Positions 36,956-45,000 of a stretch of DNA of 64,000 nt are shown one piece after another. The notes below the pieces were generated by a model. It worked only from the letters and a program-made list of their open reading frames with translations. It ran no database searches and had not been told where the DNA came from. This stretch comes from Sulfurovum sp. 16-42-52 (GTDB lineage: Bacteria > Campylobacterota > Campylobacteria > Campylobacterales > Sulfurovaceae), in NCBI GenBank assembly GCA_002281755.1, contig NCHB01000010.1, forward strand, positions 6,644 through 70,643. The letters are read 5' to 3'. The first letter of the stretch is position 1; each line of letters starts with the position of its first letter. Made by a program: the position numbers and the translations under genes.

Positions 36956-37976
36956 CATTCGGTATGACCGTATCCATGACACCCATGTGATTATCGCGCC
37001 TGAACGATTGTATCGTCCTGATTGCAGTTTTGGTGCGGATGAGCTTCAAAATGTTGAACCAACTTGTGCTTTTTGTGAAGGCAACGAATCGATGACACCG
37101 CCTGAAATTTTTGCCACGAGGAATCCCCAAACCCTTGCCAACACAGCAGGATGGCAGACCCGTGTCGTCCCCAATCTATATAAAGCGGTACAGATAGAAG
37201 CCCCTTATGCGCATCACTATGGTTTGTTTGAATACCACGAAGGGTTTGGCGCGCATGAAGTCATCATCGACACACCAGAACACTTGACTTCCATGACACA
37301 ATGGAACGCGCAGACAGCCGTACAGTGGCTCAAAACACTGCGTGCCAGAGTGCATGATCTGCGCCGTGATCAGCGTATGGCGTATATCTCTGTGTTTAAA
37401 AATGAAGGTATACTTGCAGGGGCAACACAGACACATTCGCATACACAGATGATCGGATTGCCGTTTGTGCCCAATGTTGCCAGAGAAAACTATAGAAGAA
37501 GTTACGAACACTATAAACAGCATGGCATATCCCTCTTGCAGTCCTGCGTTCAACATGAAGAAGAGCAACAGGAGCGCGTGATTGCCAAACATGGGGATTT
37601 TACTGCTTTTTGTCCCTTTGCCAGTGCGTATGCCTTTGAAGTGATGATCACCTCCCAAAAAGCACTGGGGCAGATCGATACCCTAAGTGATGAAAGTATC
37701 AACACACTGGCACCTCTGCTTCTTGCTACGCTTCGTGTTCTCAAAGCTCAACTGGTCTGTTTTGCTTTCAATCTTGTCATCACAACCCCACCTCTGCAAG
37801 AAGGCAGTGCGGATTATGGTATGCTTTCTTGTGTGGATGAAGCCTGTCGTTTTGCGGTGCGCATCATGCCACGCATCTACAAGCACGGGGGTTTTGAAGT
37901 AGGTACGGGTGTGTATATCAATCCTGTTTTGCCTGAAGTAGCCGCCAAATTATTGAGAGAGGGCATCGATGTCTAA
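36948..37976 (+). CDS. GalT/HIT-family nucleotidyltransferase (possible ADP-glucose phosphorylase)
   Basis: CAFCEGNE, VVPNLY, HEVIID, GATQTHSHTQ (HxHxQ), FEVGTG..INPV.PE. Confidence 0.85.
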   Translation: MSSIRYDRIHDTHVIIAPERLYRPDCSFGADELQNVEPTCAFCEGNESMTPPEIFATRNPQTLANTAGWQTRVVPNLYKAVQIEAPYAHHYGLFEYHEGFGAHEVIIDTPEHLTSMTQWNAQTAVQWLKTLRARVHDLRRDQRMAYISVFKNEGILAGATQTHSHTQMIGLPFVPNVARENYRRSYEHYKQHGISLLQSCVQHEEEQQERVIAKHGDFTAFCPFASAYAFEVMITSQKALGQIDTLSDESINTLAPLLLATLRVLKAQLVCFAFNLVITTPPLQEGSADYGMLSCVDEACRFAVRIMPRIYKHGGFEVGTGVYINPVLPEVAAKLLREGIDV

Positions 37977-39408
37977 ACCACGCTTGTTATTTTGTGCCAG
38001 TGAAGTCTATCCTTTTGCCAAAAGCGGAGGCTTGGCGGATGTTGCACACAGTTTACCTAGAGCACTGTGCAGTACGTATGCCGTTGAGGTGGTACTGCCT
38101 TTATATCAGTGTATTGATCGTGAAGCATTTGGCATCAAACCCTTGGGTGAGGAGTATGCCGTACAGATGGGTGGCATCTCTTACCCTGTGATGCTGTATG
38201 GTTGTACCTATGAGGGTGTGGCGTACCGTTTTATCTACTCACCTTTACTGTGTGACAGAACATTTCTCTACGGCCCACCAGATAGTGGGTATGAAGACAA
38301 TGCCTTGAGGTACGGACTTTTTAGCTATGCTGTTGTAACCCTCCTCAAAAAAGAAGCCTATAGCATTGTGCACCTCAATGACTGGCAGAGTGCTTTGGTT
38401 GCTTTGTTGATAAAAGAAGAGACCATTATCAAAACCAAGTCGGTATTTACGATTCACAATCTTGCTTATCAGGGTGTATTTGCACATCAAGCACTGCTTG
38501 AGTTGGGTTTGGATGGGCGATATTTTTCGATGGAAAGCATGGAGTTTTACGGACAGATCAATTTTATGAAAGCGGGTATCGCGTATGCAGACCGCATCAC
38601 AACCGTCAGTCCGACCTACGCCAAAGAGATCTTGACTCCTGAGTTTGGGTGTGGATTGGAAGGTTTCTTACACTTTCATCGCCATAAACTTTCGGGCATT
38701 GTCAACGGCATCGATACCAAACATTTTTCACCCTCGCAAGATAAAACGCTTGTTTTTCCGTATGTAGATCTAAGAGGAAAAGCGGTCAACAAAAGAGCCT
38801 ATCTCAAACAAACAGCACTCAAAGAGGCAAAAAAACCGCTCTTTATCTTTGTCGGACGTTTTGCCTCGCAAAAAGGCTTGGATTTATTGATAGAGATTTT
38901 ACCCGACTTGGTAAAAAGAGAGTGCACTATTGCATTTTTGGGAGAAGGGGAAAGCAAGTATCATCAGGCATTAGAAGCGCTTGCTAAGACGTATGATACT
39001 GTACATGTAACATGCGGGTATGATGAGGCTTTGTCACACCAAATGTACGCAGCGGCCGATTTTTTCTTGATGCCCTCGCTGTTTGAGCCGTGTGGATTAG
39101 CTCAGATGATAGCCATGCGCTACGGCGTGCTACCCATCGTGCATCATGTCGGTGGCTTGGCAGATACGGTACAGGATTATACCTCTTTTACTGCCCAATC
39201 TGCCAAAGGCTATGGTGTCGTATTTTCACAACCCAAAGCAGAGACTTTTTTAGCTGCTTTGGATGACGCTTTGGCATTGTATACCAACAAAAGACGCTAC
39301 AACAAGGTAGCAAAACACAATATGCGCTGTGATTTTTCCTGGCAAGAGAGTGCGAAGTCTTACCTTGAAATCTATGAAACACTTAGAGCGCAGAGCAGTC
39401 ATGCATAA
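37969..39408 (+). CDS. glgA: Glycogen synthase (GT5), copy 1
   Basis: FAKSGGLADV, HLNDWQ, TIHNLAYQG, PSLFEPCGL. Confidence 0.93.
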   Translation: MSKPRLLFCASEVYPFAKSGGLADVAHSLPRALCSTYAVEVVLPLYQCIDREAFGIKPLGEEYAVQMGGISYPVMLYGCTYEGVAYRFIYSPLLCDRTFLYGPPDSGYEDNALRYGLFSYAVVTLLKKEAYSIVHLNDWQSALVALLIKEETIIKTKSVFTIHNLAYQGVFAHQALLELGLDGRYFSMESMEFYGQINFMKAGIAYADRITTVSPTYAKEILTPEFGCGLEGFLHFHRHKLSGIVNGIDTKHFSPSQDKTLVFPYVDLRGKAVNKRAYLKQTALKEAKKPLFIFVGRFASQKGLDLLIEILPDLVKRECTIAFLGEGESKYHQALEALAKTYDTVHVTCGYDEALSHQMYAAADFFLMPSLFEPCGLAQMIAMRYGVLPIVHHVGGLADTVQDYTSFTAQSAKGYGVVFSQPKAETFLAALDDALALYTNKRRYNKVAKHNMRCDFSWQESAKSYLEIYETLRAQSSHA

Positions 39409-40897
39409 CTTAAGTATACTCATCGCAGCATCAGAAGTGGTTCCTTTTGCCAAGAGTGGCGGATTGGCTGATGTTGCAGGTGCATTGCCCAAAGCATTGG
39501 CTGCGTTGGGGCATGATGTACGTGTGGTGATGCCCTGCTATGCGAGTATTGACAAAGCACTCTATGGGCTGAAGCCTTTGGAAGGTGCATTAGGTGTGCC
39601 TATGGGTGTGATGGGCGAAGCGTGGGCGGGGGTTTATGAGAGCGTACTTCCGCAGAGTACTGTGAAGATTTACTTTATAGAACATCAGGGATTTTTCGGG
39701 CGAAAAGGACTCTATGATGAAGAGGGGCAAGGGTATGCAGACAATGACAATCGATTTATTTTTTTCTCCAGAGCCGTGATGCAACTGGCAAAGAAGCTGC
39801 GTTTTAGACCCGATGTCATACATGTCAATGACTGGCATACTGCGCTCATTCCCGTGTTGCTCAACACCGTGTACGCGAATGATGCCGATTTTAAAGGGAC
39901 AGGCACACTGCTGAGTCTGCATAACCTTCAGCATCAGGGCAAGTTCTACAAAGGTGCGATGGATGTGCTGGGTGTGGGGTGGGAACATTTTAATGCTTCT
40001 GAACTCGAAGAGTATGACGGTGTGAACTTTCTCAAAGGTGGTATCGTGCATGCAGATGCCTTTAATGCAGTGAGTCAAAAATACGCACAGGAGATCTGCA
40101 CCCCTGAGTTTGGCTGGGGGCTTGACGGTCTGATACGAGACAAGTCTTATAAACTCTACGGCATTGTAAACGGAGTTGATTATGAGGAGTGGAGTCCTGC
40201 TGTGGACACATTCATACCTGCTCGGTTTGACAGTGATGATTTAAGCGGTAAAGCAGTGTGTAAAGAAGCCTTGCAGCATCGCTTTGGTCTTGCGGTAAAG
40301 AGTGATGTGCCACTGATAGGTTTTGTGGGACGGCTGGCAGAACAAAAAGGCATCGCACTTATCGCAACCATCATAGAAAAACTGTTGCAGCTTGAGTTGC
40401 AGATTGTTTTGCTTGGTGCAGGTGAGAAATGGGCAGAACATTTTTTTTCCCAGCTGGCGTCACGGTACCCCTCCAAATTTGCCTGTTACATAGGCTATGA
40501 CAATGAACTTGCCCATACTATTGAGGCAGGAAGTGATCTCTTTTTGATGCCCTCACTGTTCGAGCCTTGTGGACTCAATCAGATTTACAGTCTGCGTTAC
40601 GGTACAGTTCCCATCGTGCGTGCCACGGGAGGGCTGGATGATACGATTGAGAATTATAACAGTGCAAACCGTAGCGGAACAGGGTTTAAGTTTTACGATG
40701 CGACCCCTGAAGCATTACAGGCTACAGTAGAGTGGGCGGTTGATACCTGGTACCATGACAAAGAGGGATTTAAGAAGTTACGCGACAACGGTATGTTGCA
40801 GCGTTTTAGTTGGCATGAGGCAGCCATAGCCTATGAAAACCTTTACCGTCACATCGTAGCCGGTCGTCATGGTAGCAAAGAGCAGGAAAGCAGATGA
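39401..40897 (+). CDS. glgA: Glycogen synthase (GT5), copy 2
   Basis: FAKSGGLADV, HVNDWH, LHNLQHQG, PSLFEPCGLNQ; start moved to 39401. Confidence 0.93.
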   Translation: MHNLSILIAASEVVPFAKSGGLADVAGALPKALAALGHDVRVVMPCYASIDKALYGLKPLEGALGVPMGVMGEAWAGVYESVLPQSTVKIYFIEHQGFFGRKGLYDEEGQGYADNDNRFIFFSRAVMQLAKKLRFRPDVIHVNDWHTALIPVLLNTVYANDADFKGTGTLLSLHNLQHQGKFYKGAMDVLGVGWEHFNASELEEYDGVNFLKGGIVHADAFNAVSQKYAQEICTPEFGWGLDGLIRDKSYKLYGIVNGVDYEEWSPAVDTFIPARFDSDDLSGKAVCKEALQHRFGLAVKSDVPLIGFVGRLAEQKGIALIATIIEKLLQLELQIVLLGAGEKWAEHFFSQLASRYPSKFACYIGYDNELAHTIEAGSDLFLMPSLFEPCGLNQIYSLRYGTVPIVRATGGLDDTIENYNSANRSGTGFKFYDATPEALQATVEWAVDTWYHDKEGFKKLRDNGMLQRFSWHEAAIAYENLYRHIVAGRHGSKEQESR

Positions 40898-42819
40898 GTC
40901 ATAGCATGTTGTATGAAGTCTCTACACTGAGTGAAATGGACATCTACCTTTTTAAACAAGGCAGCCATGCCAAGCTGTATGAAAAACTCGGTGCCCATAA
41001 GATGGTGTTGCAAATGAAACAGGGAGTCCACTTTGCGGTGTGGGCGCCCAATGCACAGACAGTGAGTGTGCGGGGGGATTTTAACGCGTATGATGCACTC
41101 ACACATCCACTCAAACAAAGAGAAGACGATTCGGGTATCTGGGAAGGTTTTATCGAAGGTGTGCAAGTGGGGCTGACTTACAAGTATCATATTGTTTCCA
41201 ACTATCATGGCATCGTGCATGACAAAAGTGATCCTTTTGCTTTTTACAGCGAAGCAGCACCTAAGTCTGCGTCGCGTGTATGGAGTCTTGAGAGCTATGG
41301 GTGGCAAGATGCAGCATGGATGAAAAAACGGCATCAACACAATGCCCATGATGCGCCAGTGAGCGTCTATGAGATGCATCTTGGCTCGTGGAAGAGAAAA
41401 GTTGAAGAGAACAACCGCTCCCTAAGCTACTCTGAACTGGCGGTTGAACTGCTTGCTTATCTCAAAATGATGAACTATACCCATGTTGAGTTTATGCCTT
41501 TGACTGAGTACCCTTTTGATGGTTCGTGGGGTTATCAGGTTGTGGGGTATTTTTCAGCTACGGCTCGTTTTGGAGAGCCTGAAGCGCTGATGTATCTGAT
41601 TGATATCTTGCATCAAAATAACATCGGTGTCATTATGGACTGGGTACCGTCACATTTTGCAGTAGATATGCATGGTCTTGTGAACTTTGACGGCACAGCA
41701 CTCTATGAGCATGCAGACCCCCAAAGAGGGTTTCATCCCGAGTGGGGGAGTTTTATATTTAATTACGGGCGTAATGAAGTCCGCTCTTTTCTCATCTCCT
41801 CAGCGATGTTTTGGCTTGAGAAATACCATGTTGACGGTATCCGTGTTGATGCCGTTGCATCGATGTTGTACCTAAACTATGCGCGTAAAGACGGGGAGTG
41901 GACACCCAACATCTATGGGGGTGATGAAAATCTTGAAGCGGTCGCTTTTTTGCGTAAGCTCAACGAGAGTGTGTATGCTGCATTCCCTGACATCATGATG
42001 ATAGCTGAAGAGTCTACGGCGTGGCCTATGGTGACACGCCCTACAAGCGTTGGAGGGCTCGGGTTTGGGTTTAAGTGGAACATGGGCTGGATGCATGACA
42101 CACTCAAATACATGAGTTATGACCCCATCGACAGACAACATCATCAGCAACAGCTCACCTTCAGTCTCTGGTATGCCTTTGATGAGCAGTTTATGCTGCC
42201 ACTCAGTCATGATGAGGTGGTACACATGAAAGGCTCACTTATCAATAAAATGCCCGGAGACACCAAACAAAAGTTTGCCAATCTACGCGCAATGTATGCG
42301 TATATGATGGCACATCCGGGTAAAAAACTGCTTTTTATGGGTGGTGAGATCGCCCAGTATGCCGAATGGAACTTTGAAAAAAGTCTTGACTGGCATCTGT
42401 TAGACGACCCCTTGCATGCAAACCTACAAACGATGTTAAGTGACCTTAACGCACTCTACCGAACTGAGCGTGCCTTGTACCTGTACGATGATAAACACGC
42501 AGGGTATGAGTGGATAGACAACACAGACGCTGCACATAACATCATCAGTTTTATGCGCAAAAGTGATGATGCCGATGAAACGGTTTATGTGGTGTGCAAC
42601 TTTGCCGACAAGACAAGAGCGTCTTACCTCTTGGGCGTACCATATGAAGGCAACTATGTTGAGATATTTAACTCCCAATCAACACGCTATGAAGGCTGGA
42701 ACATCAGCAATTCCACACCCCTAAAAGCCCAAAAAGTGGTTACGCACGGACGAGACTATTCTTTAGAATTGACTTTACCACCGTTGGGGGTGATTTATCT
42801 GAAGAGGGTGGTTGGGTAG
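40894..42819 (+). CDS. glgB: 1,4-alpha-glucan branching enzyme (GH13)
   Basis: FAVWAPNA, SWGYQ, DGIRVDAVASM, AEEST, PLSHDEVVH. Confidence 0.96.
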   Translation: MSHSMLYEVSTLSEMDIYLFKQGSHAKLYEKLGAHKMVLQMKQGVHFAVWAPNAQTVSVRGDFNAYDALTHPLKQREDDSGIWEGFIEGVQVGLTYKYHIVSNYHGIVHDKSDPFAFYSEAAPKSASRVWSLESYGWQDAAWMKKRHQHNAHDAPVSVYEMHLGSWKRKVEENNRSLSYSELAVELLAYLKMMNYTHVEFMPLTEYPFDGSWGYQVVGYFSATARFGEPEALMYLIDILHQNNIGVIMDWVPSHFAVDMHGLVNFDGTALYEHADPQRGFHPEWGSFIFNYGRNEVRSFLISSAMFWLEKYHVDGIRVDAVASMLYLNYARKDGEWTPNIYGGDENLEAVAFLRKLNESVYAAFPDIMMIAEESTAWPMVTRPTSVGGLGFGFKWNMGWMHDTLKYMSYDPIDRQHHQQQLTFSLWYAFDEQFMLPLSHDEVVHMKGSLINKMPGDTKQKFANLRAMYAYMMAHPGKKLLFMGGEIAQYAEWNFEKSLDWHLLDDPLHANLQTMLSDLNALYRTERALYLYDDKHAGYEWIDNTDAAHNIISFMRKSDDADETVYVVCNFADKTRASYLLGVPYEGNYVEIFNSQSTRYEGWNISNSTPLKAQKVVTHGRDYSLELTLPPLGVIYLKRVVG

Positions 42820-42851
42820 TTTGTTGCTTTTTTAGGATAGGACTTTAAAAT

Positions 42852-42914
42852 CTAATCCAGAGTGCAAGACCTATGAATAAAAAAGAGAGGATAGCTTATG
42901 AAAACCATTCCTAA
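42852..42914 (+). pseudogene. brnT: 3' remnant of a BrnT-family toxin gene
   Basis: Frame reads LIQSARPMNKKERIAYENHS*, matching the BrnT C-terminus pattern (ISARxMNKKER..YE) and overlapping the brnA start. In-frame TAA at 42846; no upstream coding room. Confidence 0.7.
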
Positions 42915-43149
42915 ATTTACGACACCAGAAGAAGAACAAACATTTTGGCAGAACCATGACAGTACTGAGTTTCTGGATTGGGAAAAAGCAAAAAAAGTCA
43001 AACTTCCAAACCTAAAGAAGAGTACAAAAACCATCTCGTTAAGGCTACCTGCGGATATGCTTGAAACGCTAAAGATAAGAGCCAACGCGATGGATATTCC
43101 TTATCAATCGCTCATCAAGATGTTTTTGCAAAAAGAGCTAGGGTCTTAA
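42898..43149 (+). CDS. BrnA/CopG-type antitoxin
   Basis: IPKF..EEE..FW..HDSTEFLDW, KTISLRLP, IPYQSLIK. Confidence 0.88.
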   Translation: MKTIPKFTTPEEEQTFWQNHDSTEFLDWEKAKKVKLPNLKKSTKTISLRLPADMLETLKIRANAMDIPYQSLIKMFLQKELGS

Positions 43150-43169
43150 CCAAGATAGGTGACTTTTAA

Positions 43170-44804
43170 TTAAAAAAGTGTAGACACTATCTCTTGTGCC
43201 TCATCCTGTATCTGCTTCAGATGCACTTCGTCGATGAAGCTTTCAGCGTAGATCTTGTAGATGGGTTCTGTGCCTGAGGGGCGTAGGGCGAACCAGCCGT
43301 TTTTGGCTACGACTTTAAGCCCACCGATGGCTGCACCATTTCCGGGTGCATGGGTTAAGACAGCCTCTATGGCTTCACCTGCAAGCATGGTTGCTTTGAT
43401 GTCAAGGGCGTTAAGGTTTTTAAGTTTTTTAGCCTGTTCAAGTGTGGCAGGTGCATCGATGCGGGCATAGATGGGTGCACCGAACTTTTGGGTAAGTTCT
43501 AGGTAGTGCTCACCCGGGTCACGGCTTGTAGTTGCTAGTATCTCAGCAGCCAGAAGAGTCATGATGATACCGTCTTTATCGGTACTCCACACGCTTCCGT
43601 CTTTACGCAAGAAACTAGCCCCCGCACTCTCTTCACCCCCGAAAAAGACAGTACCGTTGGTTAGCCCCTCAACAAACCACTTGAACCCAACAGGCACTTC
43701 TATGACTTTTTTTTCTAGTGATGCAGCCACACGGTCTATCATCGAGCTGCTTACAAGGGTTTTTCCTATCCCAAGATCAGATTTCCATAGTGGGCGGTTT
43801 TGGGCTAGGTAGTTGATGGCAACACTGAGGTAATGGTTGGGGTTCATGAGTCCCACACTTTTGGTCACGATGCCGTGACGGTCAAAGTCGGTGTCATTTC
43901 CAAAAGCGATGTCATACTTCTCTTTCATCGCCACCAGTCCCGCCATGGCATACGAAGAAGAGCAGTCCATGCGTATCTTGCCGTCTTTGTCGCAGTGCAT
44001 GAACGAAAAGGTTGAGTCAAGTGTATCGTTGAAAACCTCCATGTTGAGACCATAACGCTCTTTGATGGCAGTGTAATACGCCATACCCGAACCGCCCATC
44101 GCGTCTGCTCCGATAAAGATACCTGACTTAGCAATGGCTTCCATGTCGATGACATTTTCCAAATCATCGACATAAGGGGTTACATAGTCATACTCTACAA
44201 GATACTCTGAACTCAATGCCTCATTCAGCGTGATTTTTTTGACTTCTTGGAGTCCATTTTCCATTAGTGCATTGGCACGCTTTTCTATCCAGTCTGTGAC
44301 ATCGGTATCGGCGGGCCCACCATGGGGTGGGTTGTACTTGAAACCTCCATCTGCAGGCGGGTTATGGGATGGGGTGATAACGATACCGTCACACAGAACA
44401 GCAGTATCTTTATTGTGTGTCAAAATGGCATGGGAGATAACCGGGGTAGGGGTGTAAGCTAAATCTTTGGCGATGTGCACAGTCACCCCATTGGCGCAGA
44501 GTACTTGCAAAGCAGAGAGCTGTGCAGGATAAGAAAGTGCATGGGTATCCATCCCCATAAATAAAATCCCTGTGATGCCAGCTTCTTTTCGGTAATCACA
44601 GACCGCTTGTGTGACTGCTAGTATGTGGTTCTCGTTAAAACTGCCTAGAAGCGAAGAGCCACGGTGACCTGAAGTACCAAACGCGATGCGCTGTGTAGGG
44701 TTTTTGGTATCGGGTGTTTTGGTGTAGTATTCGCTGATGAGCCTAGGAATATTAACAAGAATTGATTTGGGTGCCAGCTTGCCAGCGTGAGGATGAAGCG
44801 CCAT
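43170..44804 (-). CDS. pgm: Phosphoglucomutase
   Basis: [16 protein letters not shown] (catalytic Ser), [22 protein letters not shown]. Confidence 0.96.
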   Translation of the reverse strand: MALHPHAGKLAPKSILVNIPRLISEYYTKTPDTKNPTQRIAFGTSGHRGSSLLGSFNENHILAVTQAVCDYRKEAGITGILFMGMDTHALSYPAQLSALQVLCANGVTVHIAKDLAYTPTPVISHAILTHNKDTAVLCDGIVITPSHNPPADGGFKYNPPHGGPADTDVTDWIEKRANALMENGLQEVKKITLNEALSSEYLVEYDYVTPYVDDLENVIDMEAIAKSGIFIGADAMGGSGMAYYTAIKERYGLNMEVFNDTLDSTFSFMHCDKDGKIRMDCSSSYAMAGLVAMKEKYDIAFGNDTDFDRHGIVTKSVGLMNPNHYLSVAINYLAQNRPLWKSDLGIGKTLVSSSMIDRVAASLEKKVIEVPVGFKWFVEGLTNGTVFFGGEESAGASFLRKDGSVWSTDKDGIIMTLLAAEILATTSRDPGEHYLELTQKFGAPIYARIDAPATLEQAKKLKNLNALDIKATMLAGEAIEAVLTHAPGNGAAIGGLKVVAKNGWFALRPSGTEPIYKIYAESFIDEVHLKQIQDEAQEIVSTLF

Positions 44805-45000
44805 GGTGTGCCTTTTGTAAAGTTGAAATGTGAATGATAGTGTATCGTCTCTCTTCTATAATTTGGCATAGGCTATTGGTTAAAATTGAAACAATGGTGT
44901 TATTTTTTTTCTGTGGATTTTTGACTATAATTAACACAGGTACTCCTCAAGCTAACTAAGAGATAGATGAGTGATAGTGCCATGTTAAACAAAGGGTAAA

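Noticed and set aside
43261-44457. Several + strand ORFs within pgm, and similar antisense ORFs across the window
   Set aside because: They are antisense shadows of well-supported genes, with no RBS or motifs.
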